The notes under the pieces were generated by a model. That model saw only the letters and a program-made list of their open reading frames with translations. It did not search any database and was not told where the DNA came from. From a virus (lineage: Duplodnaviria; Caudoviricetes): a DNA stretch of 64,000 nt. The stretch covers positions 1 to 64,000 of the IMG/VR virus record IMGVR_UViG_3300035130_000336; one strand, written 5' to 3'. This document shows positions 46,385 through 59,841 of this stretch, piece by piece. Numbering within the stretch: the stretch's first letter is position 1; each line of letters begins with the position of its first letter. Position numbers and translations under genes: made by a program.

Positions 46385-49069
46385 ATGACTTCGAGCAATT
46401 ATCCATTTCTGGCCAGAAACCAGAAAACGGAAGAGGAACGTCAGAAAGAGAATATCGATGCTCTTTGGGACCGGTTGGGAGTAATCGGTCTTCCCGGCAA
46501 GCAATCTTTTTTCACAGGATACGGCAATGACAAACAGTTGCAACCGGAAAGACCGACCGGCATATTGAATACCAATCAGGGACCGAAAACCGTTCATGAA
46601 GGCGAACAGGTGAACATCGAACCTGATGGTCAATTCGGTGTTATTCCTGCGTCGCAATTGGGAGGACAGGAAAATCTCCAGACTATGGAACGTGAAAATA
46701 ATATGGAGGGTTATCAGTTGGGGAAATCTCCCGATGATAATACCATCATTGACGATACATATAAACCATATACTACCCGTGGATTGCAGCGTCTTGAACG
46801 GTACGCCGATTATGAAAGTCCGGTGAATACCGCTATCAGGGAAGGGGAACGGGAGCGTTTTGCCGGTGAAGCGGTAGCGGCGAAAGGTGCATTGGCTCAG
46901 GAACAGGCGCAGATGGGAATTAAAGGAAGGGAAGCTGCTACGGAAGAGGCGCGGCTGGGAAGACAGATCGGTGCTCAGGAAAATGAGCTTATGACAAATT
47001 TGAGAAAGCAGGAATCGGAACAGGCGTTTACCGCTGCACGACAATTGCCCGGAGAGGCGATTACGGCGCGGGGAGTGGATTTTGAAAGACAGAAATACGG
47101 CGATCAGGAATTTACCCGTATGGCTGATGATGCGCAAACCACATCGTATGAAACGTGGAAGCAGAAATATCCGAATGCCACTGAAGAGGATTATACGACG
47201 GCGAGAGAGTATAAAACACGACAACTTCAAAGCATGGATATAGGGATTCAAACGCAGAGTGAAAATTTATATCAGCTTAAGAAAAGCGATCAATGGAATG
47301 ATGCCGAACAATTTCTTAATGCTGGAGATTATGACAATTATGCGGCACTTGTAAAAAAGATTACGGGACGTACTATCAATTACACGCAATTCGTGGAAGA
47401 CCGTGATTATGTTTTGAAAACTCGCGAACAAACCATTACCGCAGGTGATATCGCAAATGATGCCGCCCGATACGGATTGAACGATGCGGAGATGCAATCC
47501 GTTGTAAGGGATATAAACAGCGGTGTTCCGGTTGATACCATCAATTCTCAATATGGTACGGAATTTACTGAGGACGACAGGGATTCAATCGCCGCGAGAT
47601 ACGATTCTGAATTGTTGTCATTGAAAAACAGAGTGGGCGATGAGATATACAATTCACTTCAGGAGATGATTAACGGTGGATCGTCGCTTGAAGCGATCAA
47701 TGATCGCGCGAGATATTATGGAATGGGAGAAATATCAACTTCAGAATACATGAAGATGCTGGATGCGACGCCGCTTGGAGAACGTACGTGGGAACGTAAT
47801 CTACAATATTCGAATATGCTGCTTCAATCTCAGGACCCCGATAATATCATCAAGGCGCAACGCATACTCAAAGAACTTTTTCCGTTCATGGGTTATGACG
47901 TTACTTTTGATGTCGATCAGCTTATTAACGATATCGGGGCGGAAAGATTCGCCGGAGCATTGACGGATATGTCAACACTAGCTTCGACCTACGATACATG
48001 GGAGGAAGCCAAAGCCAGCGCTGAAGGATTGAATCTTATCGAAACGCTTGGAGGCGGACGGGAGGATGCCGAAGGTAATGCGATGAGGATGTTTCAGAGT
48101 CTTAAAATGAATGCGGTGGATGAACAGTGGGATGCTATTGAACAGTCGGATTTCTATCAGGGATTGTTGAGAAGTAATCCCGATGGAGCGGAATTGATCC
48201 GGCAGACATTTACCAAAGGACTTACCGGAGAACTTGAATTCGACATCAAACCGGTTTATAACGTAACTGATGAAACTGGAAAATTTGTACAATCGTTTGA
48301 CAATATCGTTGACGCCAACAAGTTTTTAAGTGAAAACGCCGATAAGGGATATATCGTAAATGAAAGTTCAAATTACATTTACAAGGATATCGTATCTGGC
48401 AATACGGTAACGGTAAATAACCAGACGGGAACGACGACGACAGGTAATGAAGGTACGACCGAAACGGTGCAAACCGTGGCGGCAAGATTTAAAAAGGCCG
48501 GATCGGATTATTCGGAAGTGGATGTACAGGATTTTTTTGATGAAATGGGAAGACTTCCTCTTGACACAAAAGAAATGGATGAATGGGATGCGAAAAGATA
48601 CGGAATCAATTTTTGGGATAGGGTTGAAACCAGTTATCCCGATGGTAATTTGAGTTTGGGAGGAACAAGGCCGAATATAGGCGAGGAAGATTTAAACAAG
48701 ATACTTGAAGCAAAAGCAAGCGGAGATAAAAGAGCCGATAAATTTTTCATGGTGGAAGAGGATTTAAATCGTGTTCTCAATGCTAATAGTAAATATACCA
48801 CGAATTCAAGGAAGGGAAGTAATGCGGCGGCGGCTCGAACGGAAGCATATACAAACGCCGCAAGGGAAATCAGGGAAGCGGTAGGTAATAATACCGGAAA
48901 AATAGTTGAAACAAGTAAAGGAACGTTCATCATTTTAGGATTAAGTTCTGATGATACGATTAAATTATATGATCCGCAAAATAAAAATAACGTTTATCTT
49001 GATCTGGCTACTATTATACAAAAAGGAACTGAAACTGCATTGTCACAAATGACTGAAAAGCCGAGTTAA
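46385..49069 (+). CDS. internal virion / DNA ejection protein (putative)
   Basis: 894 aa helical, Gln/Glu/Ala-rich; position after the tail genes in a podophage layout. Confidence 0.6.
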   Translation: MTSSNYPFLARNQKTEEERQKENIDALWDRLGVIGLPGKQSFFTGYGNDKQLQPERPTGILNTNQGPKTVHEGEQVNIEPDGQFGVIPASQLGGQENLQTMERENNMEGYQLGKSPDDNTIIDDTYKPYTTRGLQRLERYADYESPVNTAIREGERERFAGEAVAAKGALAQEQAQMGIKGREAATEEARLGRQIGAQENELMTNLRKQESEQAFTAARQLPGEAITARGVDFERQKYGDQEFTRMADDAQTTSYETWKQKYPNATEEDYTTAREYKTRQLQSMDIGIQTQSENLYQLKKSDQWNDAEQFLNAGDYDNYAALVKKITGRTINYTQFVEDRDYVLKTREQTITAGDIANDAARYGLNDAEMQSVVRDINSGVPVDTINSQYGTEFTEDDRDSIAARYDSELLSLKNRVGDEIYNSLQEMINGGSSLEAINDRARYYGMGEISTSEYMKMLDATPLGERTWERNLQYSNMLLQSQDPDNIIKAQRILKELFPFMGYDVTFDVDQLINDIGAERFAGALTDMSTLASTYDTWEEAKASAEGLNLIETLGGGREDAEGNAMRMFQSLKMNAVDEQWDAIEQSDFYQGLLRSNPDGAELIRQTFTKGLTGELEFDIKPVYNVTDETGKFVQSFDNIVDANKFLSENADKGYIVNESSNYIYKDIVSGNTVTVNNQTGTTTTGNEGTTETVQTVAARFKKAGSDYSEVDVQDFFDEMGRLPLDTKEMDEWDAKRYGINFWDRVETSYPDGNLSLGGTRPNIGEEDLNKILEAKASGDKRADKFFMVEEDLNRVLNANSKYTTNSRKGSNAAAARTEAYTNAAREIREAVGNNTGKIVETSKGTFIILGLSSDDTIKLYDPQNKNNVYLDLATIIQKGTETALSQMTEKPS

Positions 49070-49083
49070 TATAGGGAGAGATT

Positions 49084-49470
49084 ATGTCAATAGCGGCGGC
49101 GGTAATAACGGGAATAGCGGGAATCGCTTCGACTCTAATAGGTGGCGGTCTTCAAATGAGGACTCTTAAACGGGGAGAAGCGGCGGCCAAGGAACAGTAT
49201 CAAGGAGAACTTGCCGAAAGCGCACGGCGTTTTAATCTTGAAGCGGGACTTTCACGGCAATCGCTTTCTCTTCAACGGCAAAATCTCGCGGAACAGAAAC
49301 GGCAGTTCAATGAATCATTGGGTTTGAAACAGACGGAACTTGCCATGACAAAAAACGAATACGCGAGAAATGCTTTTAGGGAACAGGTGAAAAATCTTAC
49401 CGGCATCCTTGATAAAAACGAGCAATTAAAGGATTTATATATAAACCGTCTTAAAGGATTGAGGAATTAA
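49084..49470 (+). CDS. DNA ejection (pilot) protein-like
   Basis: Hydrophobic Gly/Ala N-terminus plus coiled coil with RRFN/RQFN motifs. Confidence 0.6.
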   Translation: MSIAAAVITGIAGIASTLIGGGLQMRTLKRGEAAAKEQYQGELAESARRFNLEAGLSRQSLSLQRQNLAEQKRQFNESLGLKQTELAMTKNEYARNAFREQVKNLTGILDKNEQLKDLYINRLKGLRN

Positions 49471-49471
49471 T

Positions 49472-50881
49472 ATGCCTTACGATCCATATCAATTTTCAGT
49501 GGCAAGAGCGAATGTTATCGGCGGTATGACTTCCGGTATTGAAAAAGCCGTAGTGGATACCGCTTCGAGAATAGCCGAGATATCGAAACAAAAAGGTATC
49601 AATGATAAAATAAGAGGTCTTTACAAAGAGACGGTAAACAGATTTGTAACGGAAATGAAGGAAGCCGATCCTTCCATATCGGATGAGAAAGCCAGAATTA
49701 CCGCTATGAGAAAATTGCCTTCTCCCATGGAAGGTATTTCGAGCGAGGATAATTTAAAAAATCTGTTGGCTGCTTCTTTATCGGCGGATAAATATATTGA
49801 GGAGTTGCAGAAAAAAACAAAAGCCACGCAATTTACGAAAGCTGCTGAACAGCCTGTTTCCGAAACAAGACAGATACAAGCTGAAGGACCGCCTATACAA
49901 CAAGGCGAACGTACCGGTGAAGTTCCCATGGAACAGCAAACAATTCAGCGTCCGATGAGATATGAAGAGTATGAAAAAGGATATGAAACATTGGAACCGG
50001 AAACGCGAAAAATGATTCCCGAATCGGTTGGAGCGCGGGTAAAAACCACTGAATCTGTTTATCAACAACCGTTAAAAACATTCGAGACTGAAAGAGAAGC
50101 ATCGGTAAAAGAGCGGGAAAATAATATAAAAACGATGTCGGGGATCGATAAGGGTGCCGGATTTCATACGGCGATAATTGAAAGTCAGAAAGCGGTGGAT
50201 AAATTAAAATCCAAAAAATCGACGCTTGAAGATTTGATAAAAACCGTCAGCAAATCCGAAGGTTTATCCATGAAACAGATCGAACAGGGAAAACAAAAAG
50301 ATCTGGAAATGGAAATCGATCAGATTTCTCAAGAACTTAATATCCCGCAACAGCTCGCGCATAATGATGAATTTTTAGGACGTATGAAAGAGGATATCGA
50401 TCGTCTTGTTGCGAAAGAAGAGGATTGGCAGAAAGGTTGGGAAACCGCTTATGATGAAATGAAAAAGCGGGAAGAAATGAATGCACGGAGAAAAGGAGCG
50501 CCGACACCGACTCCCGATTGGAAATTAGGTAAAGAGTTGCAGAATGCTTTAGAAAAAATGGCGAAACAGCAATTTCCCAATCTTTTTAAAGTTATCGAAG
50601 GCGAATATGGTATTGATGTTCTTAAGCAAACAAGCGGTATTGCTGAAGCGGCGAGAGCAATTTTAAGAGATCCGCAAAAAAGAATAGCTCTGGCTTATGC
50701 TTTTCCGGAAGAAGTGGGAGCGATAGCGCGGGCGAAAGGTGCGCCGCGTCCATCTGATGCTGAAATTCAATCGGTATTAAATGAGATGCAGCAATTACAA
50801 AATCAAGTATATGGAGTTATCGAAAAAACGCCTTCATCGCAAAGTGAGGATATTTTTAGCGGATTGGGCGGATTGCAGTGA
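49472..50881 (+). CDS. internal virion protein (putative)
   Basis: 469 aa helical ORF in the ejection cluster. Confidence 0.55.
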   Translation: MPYDPYQFSVARANVIGGMTSGIEKAVVDTASRIAEISKQKGINDKIRGLYKETVNRFVTEMKEADPSISDEKARITAMRKLPSPMEGISSEDNLKNLLAASLSADKYIEELQKKTKATQFTKAAEQPVSETRQIQAEGPPIQQGERTGEVPMEQQTIQRPMRYEEYEKGYETLEPETRKMIPESVGARVKTTESVYQQPLKTFETEREASVKERENNIKTMSGIDKGAGFHTAIIESQKAVDKLKSKKSTLEDLIKTVSKSEGLSMKQIEQGKQKDLEMEIDQISQELNIPQQLAHNDEFLGRMKEDIDRLVAKEEDWQKGWETAYDEMKKREEMNARRKGAPTPTPDWKLGKELQNALEKMAKQQFPNLFKVIEGEYGIDVLKQTSGIAEAARAILRDPQKRIALAYAFPEEVGAIARAKGAPRPSDAEIQSVLNEMQQLQNQVYGVIEKTPSSQSEDIFSGLGGLQ

Positions 50882-53800
50882 AGCAATATACGGTTGATGA
50901 ATTTGCGGAAGAACTTAAAAATAAATATCCGCAATACAAAAATCTTGATAATAATATATTGGTGGAAAAGGCATTATCAAAAAAACCTGAACTTGAACAA
51001 TATATTATAAAGGAAGAAACCACTCCCGTTTCTTCTCCAACCAAATATACCGTCAAAGAATTCGCCGCCAAATTAAAGGAACTTCATCCGGAATACGCTT
51101 CAATTGATGATAAGGAATTGGTTGATAAAGCCATAGAAAAAAAACCCGATATTAAAAATTATATTGAGACGCCTTCTCTTCTTGAACGGGGGAAAGAATT
51201 TGTTGGGAAAGGCGTGGAAGCGATTAAAGGTTTTGCGGAAAAAATTATTTTTCCATCAGAACCCGGCAATATTGATTTATCAAATAGACCGATTGTAAAA
51301 AATGCCGATGGTTCAATAAGTACCGTTCGTTCTATAAGTTTTAATGAGAATGGAAAAGAAATTCTTATTCCGACTATATCTAATGATGGAAAAATATTGA
51401 CTGATCAGGAGGCAATTGAACAATATCATAAAACAGGTAAACATCTTGGAAAATTTAATTCGATTGAAGAAGCTAACAAATATGCTGAAAAGTTGCATCA
51501 ATCACAAGAGCAACGTTATTCAGAATCGAAAAAACCAATTGGCGCAACGCGATCTTTTGAACCTTCTGAAACAATTGAAAAACCGGAACAAAAACCGGAA
51601 CCGGGACAAATTCCCATTCCTCAATTAAGCGCTGAACCGCAAATAAAGGCTATCGAATCAAGATTTTATAGTATTCAAGATTCCCGTGCAAAAGCGCTTG
51701 AATTGAAATCTTTGCCGTTGGATACAAGTATTAATCTGATTAACAAATTGCCTGATGATCAAAAAACTGCGGTAAATGGAGAGCTTGAAAAATTATTAAA
51801 AGAAGATAAAGAAGCGAATGCTTTTGCTATGGGGATATTGCAATCAACTTTGGCACCGACTTTTTTTCCGAAAGAAACCAAAAGGGAAATAGAAAAAACA
51901 CAACAGGCCGCTCCGATACGATTCGGTGTAGGGCAATTCGCTGGAACGGCAAGTCAGGCTTTGATTGGCGCGGGCGCATTGAGTAAGCTTCTTGGAAAAA
52001 CAATCATTTCAAAATCTCCTTTATTGACTAATGCCATTACGAGATTAACTACCGCCGGTGCGATCGCCGCTGAACAAAATATAGGAAGGAAAGAAATCGG
52101 TGAGGCTATAGGAGATGTCGCGCAACAGAGCGGGGGAGGATTGGTATCGATAATTCCCGAAATTGTCGTTCCTGCCGGACCTTTACAATTAATAGCACAA
52201 CCTCTTGGTGATTTGGTATATGATATCGTTTCCGGAAAAATAAGGGGACAGGATGTCGGTTCAAAAAGATGGTGGAAAAATGAAATAATTACTCTTGCCT
52301 CATCCGCTGGATTCGCTATAAGGGATGTTGCTTCAGGGAAGACATTTGAAGTACAGCAACAAGCACAACGGAATGAATTAAAAAAGCTTCTCAATTCCGG
52401 AAAAACGAAAGAGTGGGAACTTACCCCTGAAGCAAGTCGGCGTATTGATGAGAATGTTAGTAAATGGATTAAAGAAACAGAATCACCACCAAAATCTAAA
52501 GTAATAACTGATGAAGAATCAGAATTTATAGCAGCAAATAAAGGTGTAATGGCAGGTAGAATAAATGTTAAAAAACCACCGACGGAAATAGAACTTAAAG
52601 CCGTAGATGAAGAAGCACGAATAAGGGAGGAAATAGAACGGCTTACGGAATCGAAACCCGTTGAAAAGACGATTCGATTCAGATCGGATGAAATGAAAAA
52701 TGCCGATAATGAAATGAATAAAAGATTGCAGGATGTATCCGAATTCGAACGAGCGGAGGCGCAGAAAGGTTTTTTACAGCTTCCCGGAGAAAAAAAAGTT
52801 ATTGAAGGAGGAGAAAAAAAGGTTGCGGAAACATTGGAAGCGGGAAGATATGAATCGTTAAATCCCATTGAAAAAATAAAAAAATCAATTAATGCCACGA
52901 TCGGATCGATTAAAAAAAGCTTTACCAAATATGAAAGTGATGTTGAAAGCTATCCTCAATACAGGGATGATCGGCGTACTGAATTCGATACAATGAGAAG
53001 AGGATTGTTTGAAACGGTTGCTAAATATCGTTATGCATCTCTGTCAAAATTGTTTAAAAGTGAAGGAAAGCGGGGAGTCAGAAAAGCAACGGATATTCTT
53101 TTATTGAGAAATTTGAAATTGCGGGGATTAAAAGGTCAGACGCTTGAGAATGATTTAAGTGTTGAACAGGTGCAAAACCATTTGGATTGGGTTGAAAAAA
53201 ATTCAAGTAAAGAAGTTCTCGATGCCGTGGAAGATATGAGAACGGTTTTACAGGGTATTGGTAAAGAACTTGTAGCGCGTGGTAAATTGCCGGAAGCGGC
53301 TCTTGAAGTAGATTATTTTCCTCATAAGGTTCTTGATTATACTCCTGAATTTATGCTTGGTTTGAAAACGCCGATGAATAGAAAATTCGGCGAACCATAT
53401 CGACCGTATACAAAAAAAGCGGTCGGATCGAAACGATTGATATCATCTGACGACAGCGTTGTATGGACCCATATCGCAAAGGTTTTAGCTGATAACGCAC
53501 AAGAGGATTGGTTTACAAAGCAGGCATTGAAGTATGATGCCACGAGTCGTGTTACGCCGGAAGAACGTCAAAAGTTTTATAAAGGGTATGAAACGGTAAT
53601 AAATGGCAAACGATACAAGGTGATGGAATGGAAGAAAACGAGATACCGGGCGCGTGCAATCAGTGAAGGTTTACTGGAAAAAGCGCAACAGGAAGATATG
53701 CTCGTTAAGGATTGGCTGGAAACGAAAGGGCCTTTTGGAGGAAAACCGGTAAGAGAAATTACGGCGATGGGTAAACCTCAATTGTATTTATTACCGAAGG

Positions 53801-55521
53801 AAATAGCCGTTGATCTTGATAATCTCATTGAAAAAAGTCCGCCTTTTATGGATGCGATTTATAATATCGGACATTTAACTCAGAAATGGAAAGGTTTCAC
53901 ATTAGCGACGGCTGCATTACCGTATCAGATGGGTAATATAATGGGTGACGGGATATCAACATTGGTTTTTGATCCTCATGCATATACTTATTTACCGCAA
54001 TCCAGCCGTGTGGCGATGAGAATATTTTATCCTCAAGGCATCGGTAAAAATATTACTCTGAATAGTTTTGAACAGAGATTATACGATGTTGCTTTGCAAA
54101 AAGACGTTGCTCGAAGTGGAATGACATCCGAACTCAGATATGGGATTTTAAAAAGTTTGTCCGAAAAATATAAAACGGCATCGGAATATCGGGAATCCTT
54201 GATGCGGCTTTCCATATTGGCACATCAGTTGGACAGGGTAGATAAAGGTGAAGCGGTACAAAATCTGGCTGGATTGAATTTAGAAGGATTGGATAATGAA
54301 TCAGCGGCTGGGAAAGTCGCGAGAGAAGTATTGGTTGATTATTTGGCCGTACCAAGATCATATCAATTGTTTCTCAGCCGGGGATTGATGCCTTTTGTAC
54401 GTTTTCATGAAGGGAATTTTCGCAATTATGCACGGGCGATCACGAGAAATGAAGGAACGCATAAAGCATTAAAAACCGCAACGCCGATCCTTGCCGCTTA
54501 TGCGGCGCAATGGGCGTATAATAATTTGTCTGAAAATAAAAAAGACATGGAAATGCAATTGCCCGATTATCTTCGCGAACGGTGGCATCTGAATTTATTT
54601 AAAAACAAGGATGGCAATGTAGTCGTTTGGGCACCGCAACAACCGGTTGACATGGCGATGAGTTGGCTTGGTTTGGATAAAATGAATAAAATCGCTTCAG
54701 ATATGAAAGCTGGAAGAATTACTCCGAAACAGGCTGCCGGAGAATTTTGGGATGCCATACGCGGCGGGGCATCCGAAAATATCGGTTCTTTAATGAATCC
54801 GCTGATTCAAGCGTGGCAAGGGTTGCAATCAAACGAAGATCCATTTACTCATCGTAAAATAATGCCGGATGCGGTACATAGGGAAGGGATATTCAGCAAA
54901 TATGGAAAACGATATACTATTGGTTATTTAGGGGAAAAACTCATTACGCCGATCGCTCAATATACCCGTACCAAAAAAGGCGGCGATCCGACGAAAAATC
55001 CGTTATTGGATTGGTTAACGGAAGGACCGTTTAATATAAAAAGAGCTTTCGGTATTTATGAAGTAAATCCATTGACTCAAAAATTATCGGAACATTTCGA
55101 AGTTGCGGGACCGATAGAGGCGGCGAATGAATATTATCGAACGAAGTTTTATGATATTCTGGATGAATACGGAGATAATGTAAGTGAGGGTTTGAAAGCC
55201 CGGAAAAATAATGTGGCATTAACCGATAAACAACAAAGGGCGATTAATGATGTTGAAGCGTTGGTGAAGACCGCCAAAGAAAACGGTTTCGAAGGGTTGC
55301 AATTGAATACATGGTTCAAAAACAATACCGCGCAGAGAAAAATAATTGATTCCGAATTGCGGAATACGACCGATGAAAACAAAAGAAAAGAGTTGATCAA
55401 CAGAAAAAAGGAATTGTTAACTGGTAGTCAGGTTGAGTATATGAAAAAGGTGCCTAAAACGGGACAGAGAAAATACGTAACTGAAATGCAGCGGCGTAGT
55501 GCCATGCCGGGGAATGAATAA
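50878..55521 (+). CDS. large internal virion / polyvalent ejection protein
   Basis: 1547 aa; two N-terminal FA..LK..(Y/H)P.Y repeats; [23 protein letters not shown] domain; helical C-terminus. Confidence 0.7.
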   Translation: MKQYTVDEFAEELKNKYPQYKNLDNNILVEKALSKKPELEQYIIKEETTPVSSPTKYTVKEFAAKLKELHPEYASIDDKELVDKAIEKKPDIKNYIETPSLLERGKEFVGKGVEAIKGFAEKIIFPSEPGNIDLSNRPIVKNADGSISTVRSISFNENGKEILIPTISNDGKILTDQEAIEQYHKTGKHLGKFNSIEEANKYAEKLHQSQEQRYSESKKPIGATRSFEPSETIEKPEQKPEPGQIPIPQLSAEPQIKAIESRFYSIQDSRAKALELKSLPLDTSINLINKLPDDQKTAVNGELEKLLKEDKEANAFAMGILQSTLAPTFFPKETKREIEKTQQAAPIRFGVGQFAGTASQALIGAGALSKLLGKTIISKSPLLTNAITRLTTAGAIAAEQNIGRKEIGEAIGDVAQQSGGGLVSIIPEIVVPAGPLQLIAQPLGDLVYDIVSGKIRGQDVGSKRWWKNEIITLASSAGFAIRDVASGKTFEVQQQAQRNELKKLLNSGKTKEWELTPEASRRIDENVSKWIKETESPPKSKVITDEESEFIAANKGVMAGRINVKKPPTEIELKAVDEEARIREEIERLTESKPVEKTIRFRSDEMKNADNEMNKRLQDVSEFERAEAQKGFLQLPGEKKVIEGGEKKVAETLEAGRYESLNPIEKIKKSINATIGSIKKSFTKYESDVESYPQYRDDRRTEFDTMRRGLFETVAKYRYASLSKLFKSEGKRGVRKATDILLLRNLKLRGLKGQTLENDLSVEQVQNHLDWVEKNSSKEVLDAVEDMRTVLQGIGKELVARGKLPEAALEVDYFPHKVLDYTPEFMLGLKTPMNRKFGEPYRPYTKKAVGSKRLISSDDSVVWTHIAKVLADNAQEDWFTKQALKYDATSRVTPEERQKFYKGYETVINGKRYKVMEWKKTRYRARAISEGLLEKAQQEDMLVKDWLETKGPFGGKPVREITAMGKPQLYLLPKEIAVDLDNLIEKSPPFMDAIYNIGHLTQKWKGFTLATAALPYQMGNIMGDGISTLVFDPHAYTYLPQSSRVAMRIFYPQGIGKNITLNSFEQRLYDVALQKDVARSGMTSELRYGILKSLSEKYKTASEYRESLMRLSILAHQLDRVDKGEAVQNLAGLNLEGLDNESAAGKVAREVLVDYLAVPRSYQLFLSRGLMPFVRFHEGNFRNYARAITRNEGTHKALKTATPILAAYAAQWAYNNLSENKKDMEMQLPDYLRERWHLNLFKNKDGNVVVWAPQQPVDMAMSWLGLDKMNKIASDMKAGRITPKQAAGEFWDAIRGGASENIGSLMNPLIQAWQGLQSNEDPFTHRKIMPDAVHREGIFSKYGKRYTIGYLGEKLITPIAQYTRTKKGGDPTKNPLLDWLTEGPFNIKRAFGIYEVNPLTQKLSEHFEVAGPIEAANEYYRTKFYDILDEYGDNVSEGLKARKNNVALTDKQQRAINDVEALVKTAKENGFEGLQLNTWFKNNTAQRKIIDSELRNTTDENKRKELINRKKELLTGSQVEYMKKVPKTGQRKYVTEMQRRSAMPGNE

Positions 55522-55786
55522 CATGATACATCCTGAAGTGCAGGGAGCATTAATAGGCGTGGGAGCGATGTCTATCGCCCATATAGGTAAAATGGGATTT
55601 GATTATTTAATGCTGAAATTAAATAAAAATGGAAAAAATAAAAATGGATTTTGCAAAGAACATTACAGGCTTGTCGAAACTCTTAACAAATTGGAAGAAC
55701 ATTATAAGGAAGAAAAACAAATTTTTTTATATAAAGAAGCCATAAAACAGGTTAATAAAGAAATCTTAAATGGTGCTTTGAAATAA
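55499..55786 (+). CDS. small membrane protein (holin-like); true start probably slightly downstream
   Basis: One hydrophobic segment plus a charged coiled-coil tail. Confidence 0.45.
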   Translation: MPCRGMNNMIHPEVQGALIGVGAMSIAHIGKMGFDYLMLKLNKNGKNKNGFCKEHYRLVETLNKLEEHYKEEKQIFLYKEAIKQVNKEILNGALK

Positions 55787-55892
55787 AATATTGGGGGGAT
55801 GATGGATAAACCCGGCTGGATACTCGCGGCGATAGGAACGGTTTTCGTAATGTGGATGTTACTGTATCTGATTTACTATTGCAAGTGATAGC

Positions 55893-56273
55893 ATGAAAAT
55901 TCGAAATCTTTCGGAATTGAATAAATATCCTATTCCGGAACATATAAAGCAACAGATCGTTGATGCATACCGAAAAAAAAAGAATGGAGATAATACTCCC
56001 CATTCCGTTACCGACATGGAACCGGCTTCTCGAAATGAATCCGTTTCAGCGTATTCGGGTGAGACATTTGATTCACCTGTTCATATCGATATTTATTCTA
56101 CCCGAAAGCAAAAGACCGACATTGATAACATATCGGGGAAAGCCGCAATCGACGGAATCGTTAATTGCGGAATACTTGAAACTGATTCGCCCGACCAAAT
56201 CGAAAGCTATCAGGTCCATAAGCCGGAAATATCGCCGGTAGAACAGACGGTGATAGTGATTGAGGAGGTATGA
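55893..56273 (+). CDS. RusA-like Holliday junction resolvase
   Basis: DIDNISGKAAIDGIVNCGILETDS matches the RusA D.DN..K...D......DD motif. Confidence 0.75.
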   Translation: MKIRNLSELNKYPIPEHIKQQIVDAYRKKKNGDNTPHSVTDMEPASRNESVSAYSGETFDSPVHIDIYSTRKQKTDIDNISGKAAIDGIVNCGILETDSPDQIESYQVHKPEISPVEQTVIVIEEV

Positions 56274-56276
56274 TGC

Positions 56277-57315
56277 GCCTTTGCTTCGCACGACCAAACG
56301 ATACTTAGCTTTGCTTTTGCTGGGCTAAACACAACAATGCCCCACATTGCCTTTGCAAAACAATGCATTGCATTACTTCACTTTGCCTTTGCAACACAAT
56401 ACGCAACACTACCATGCTCTGCCTATGCTCTACTTTACATAACATGACCGCACTTTGCCTTTGCATTACATTACATTACCACGCCTTTACATTACCATAC
56501 TCAACACCACCATGCTCCGCCTATGCTTCACACGCCGCTACTTCGCTTCGCTTTGCCTTTGCATTACTTCACTACACTATACGGTGCTTTTGCATTACTC
56601 CACTACACCTGACTCCGCATTGCCTTTGCAACACTATACATTGAATAGCCTTTCCAATGCATCGCAATACTTAACTATGCTGATCCTTTGCTAGCACAGC
56701 TTCACCATACACTACTTTTGCTTTGTCGTACTGAACGGAACTTTGCCCAACCATTGCAACACATGGCTATACTGCACAATACAATACCTTCGCATGGCGA
56801 TACGAAACAAGGCTTCACACTTCCTTTGCGTCGCTAAACCACGCAAAACTATGCCTTTGCCGTATTGAACGGAACTTCGCTTTGCCTTTGCGGCGTAAAA
56901 CTACGCTTCACTCAGCTTCTGCTTTACGCAACGAAACAGCACTATGCTTTACCTTTGCCATACAGCACATCACTTCGCTTTTGCTTGGCCACTCCTAACT
57001 ATTCTGTGCCTGTGCCACACGATACAACGCCTCGCCAAGCCTGTGCTTTGCTCCACCGTATCCGGCCCTGCTTTACCAAACCATTACAACACAGTGCAGT
57101 ACAAGGCTATGCCTGTGCTTAACTATACTAGACTTTGCCTGTGCCAAACATGACGAGACTTTGCCTGTGCTTAACTTTACTTTGCTTAACGGCACCATAC
57201 CACGCCTGTGCTCTACTAAACATCACTGTACTTTGCCTGTGCCATACACCACCCTGCAATACATGGTATTAGCGATGTTTGACCGCACCGGGCATTCCTA
57301 TACTTTGGATTGCCT
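56277..57315 (-). repeat. pentamer-periodic array 1 (plus NNNRC / minus GYNNN, punctuated by CTTTGC/CTGTGC hexamers)
   Basis: e.g. ctttgc aaaac aatgc attgc attac ttcac tttgc ctttgc; abuts the stop codon of the RAMP gene; strand inferred from co-oriented genes. Confidence 0.9.
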
Positions 57316-57951
57316 TTAGCTTTTTAAATAATTGACGGTAAAGCGGCCTTTTCCACTGTTTCGCCACTGTCCGATGCCGCGCAATTGGCCATAATCAAGC
57401 CATTCGCGTACGAACTTTTCATGGCTGTCACTTAAACACTGAATTTCCAATTCGCAGGTGCTTCCTGCGGGGACGGTTTCACTGTTCGCCAAAGCAATTC
57501 TCTCGCCCTGTGCGGTATTTCCGCGAAGAGGACGTTGACAGTTTCCCATCTTGCCTTTTACTTTGATGGCAATCATTCTCGGGTGAACGAAAATACATCC
57601 ATCGATCACCTTTTTATACGCTCTTAATTCTCCCTTCTTTCCTTTACCCGATTCGGATTTTGACGCCTTATACGTTTCGAATCCCTCACAGCGCATGAGA
57701 GCGGCGCAGGTATCCTTGAAAAACCCCTTCCACTGGTAATCCCAAAAGATGGGATTACTATCCTTATCGCGTGGAAAAATAGTCATTGCTTTTTCAACAA
57801 CTTCTTCTATCCCGATCGCTTCCACTTCTTCTTCCCGCGACAGCTTATCGGGAGCCTTGCTTGCTATATACTCCGCATGGATTTCTTTTGACGGACTTGC
57901 TGTTCCCAACACTTCTTCTTGGAAAGTGATTTTTACTTTGAGCGTTTTCAT
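57316..57951 (-). CDS. stand-alone Cas7/RAMP-superfamily RNA-binding protein
   Basis: N-terminal beta strand LKVKITFQEEVLG, QWKGFFKD helix, SETVPAGS strand, C-terminal Gly-rich loop GIGQWRNSGKGRF; AAAGG RBS. Confidence 0.8.
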   Translation of the reverse strand: MKTLKVKITFQEEVLGTASPSKEIHAEYIASKAPDKLSREEEVEAIGIEEVVEKAMTIFPRDKDSNPIFWDYQWKGFFKDTCAALMRCEGFETYKASKSESGKGKKGELRAYKKVIDGCIFVHPRMIAIKVKGKMGNCQRPLRGNTAQGERIALANSETVPAGSTCELEIQCLSDSHEKFVREWLDYGQLRGIGQWRNSGKGRFTVNYLKS

Positions 57952-57982
57952 ACTGAACCTTTCTGATAAAATTGAGGGTTGA

Positions 57983-58101
57983 TTTACCTTTGCATAACTT
58001 CACAACACATTGTTTTGCCTTTGCGTTGCCAAACTATTCCTTGCTCAACTCTGCCGTTGCAAAACACCACATTGCAATACAGCACTTTACAATTGCGATA
58101 C
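57983..58101 (-). repeat. pentamer-periodic array 2a
   Basis: ctttgc ataac ttcac aacac attgt tttgc ctttgc gttgc caaac...; directly upstream of the RAMP gene. Confidence 0.85.
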
Positions 58102-58264
58102 ATCTCCTTTCTGTTTGAACCATTTGGTTTTTTCTTTATAATATTTTCTACTCTCCTCTCTTGTTTTATTTTTTGTTTCTCTATACATTTTGTCACGGGT
58201 TTTTCTTATGAATCTCATTACTTTGAAATTTTTCATAATTGATATTTTTTTTGAGATAATAAAA

Positions 58265-59790
58265 GAAACCGTGCTGTTCCATACGATACGTTACATCGAC
58301 CTGCTTTTGCAACACTTAACTACGCAAATCCATACAAAGCTTTTGCGGGGCTAGACTAGACATCACAGTACCCCTGCCTCGCTGCGCGTTACATTACTAT
58401 GCATTACCCCTGCCCCGCTGCGCGTCACATTGCTATGCTTTACCTTTGTTTTGCTGGGCAATACGTTACCGTGCGTTGCCATGCCTGTACGGAACTTTAC
58501 TTAACTCTACTTAGCCTTTGCTCCACAAAACATAACTTCACTTTGCCATTCCTGTGCTACACAAGACACAACCTTACTCTACCATGCCTTTCCTTTGCTT
58601 GGTTATACTGTACCATGCCATACCTGCGCAATACCCCACAATACCGAACTGTACAATGCTACGCCTTAACAATGCCAAACAGCGCTTTGGCATGCATTGC
58701 CGGTGCTGTGCCAAACTACTCAACGCTTTACCATCGCCATGCCAAGCTTTGCCGTTCCTTTGCCGCACTAAACGCCGCGATACCATGCCTGTGCATAACC
58801 ATGCATAACTGTGCTCTGCCTGTGCATTACTGAACAACATACCGCTTTGCCTTACCTTTGCAGAACAATGCTTCGCTATGTATTGCCTGTGCTCCACAAT
58901 GCATCACAATACTTCACATTGCTTCGCCTTTGCCATACAGCGACATGCGATACTCCGCCTTTCCTTTGCAAAACACAGCGTCACAACGCATAGCCTATGC
59001 TTCACGAAACAGCACGTCACAAAACTATGCCTTTGCGTCACTAAACTACACAGTGCCTGTGCTTTACTAAACATCACTTTGCTTTTGCATAACAGCACAT
59101 CACTACGCCTGTGCTTCACCTTACTTCACTCTACATTGCCTGTGCCGCGCAATACATAGCGAAACCAGACCATGCCTGTGCATAACGTTACCAAACTCTG
59201 CTGTGCCTGTGCATTACCTTACCTCACTTCGCTTTACCATGCCAGCGCACCACGGTACAGCACTATGCCTGTGCATCACGCTACCAAACAATACATTGTC
59301 ATGCATGTGCATCACATTACTTCACTTCCCACCGCCTGTGCCTTACTAAACTCCACTCTACAGTGCCTGTGCATCACTTGACTTCGCTCTACCTCGCTTT
59401 GCCTGTGCATTACATCACCACACAGTGCTTTGCCGGTGCTTCACGTTACAACACTATACACTACATATCCTAACCATTTCTTTGCCAAACAGTGCATCAC
59501 CATACAATGCCGGTGCCATACATTGCTATACCATGCATCGCCTGTGCTTTGCTTCACTCCACCTCGCTTTGCCTGTGCTTGGCTTAACCACGCTCTGTCT
59601 GTGCATTGCATCACGGCACACAACGGGACAGCACTACGCCTGTGCATCACTAAACTATACTGTGCCTGTGCTTGGCTTAACTAATCTGTGCCTGTGCATC
59701 ACTTCGCCGCACATAGTTCTGCTGGTGCTTTGTATTACTATACTATGCATCGCCTGTGCATGACAGTACATCACATTGCTTTGCCTCTGT
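58265..59790 (-). repeat. pentamer-periodic array 2b
   Basis: ~1.5 kb of NNNRC pentamers with a CTGTGC/CTTTGC-type hexamer every 4-7 pentamers. Confidence 0.9.
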
Positions 59791-59841
59791 ATTGATTCTC
59801 TGTTTTTGATACCCTCCCGAATTGATTTTTTGGTTCTCAGA

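Noticed and set aside
46349-52928. Long antisense ORFs (e.g. 46349-47251, 51954-52928)
   Set aside because: Shadow frames opposite well-supported structural genes, with no motifs or RBS.
42408-55521. Diversity-generating retroelement or invertible tail-fibre cassette
   Set aside because: No reverse transcriptase, invertase or adenine-specific TR/VR pair was seen; the fibre duplication differs at all base types.
4091-56273. Endolysin gene
   Set aside because: No recognisable muramidase, amidase or peptidase motif was found; it may lie outside the window or among the hypothetical genes.
57984-58196. 70 aa minus-strand ORF upstream of the RAMP gene
   Set aside because: Its C-terminal half is array 2a and the internal ATG has no properly spaced RBS; coding status is unsupported.
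56363-59763. Numerous Cys/Leu/His/Thr-rich ORFs on both strands across the arrays
   Set aside because: They overlap in several frames, lack RBSs and simply reflect the NNNRC pentamer grammar, whose 5-nt period is incompatible with codon structure.
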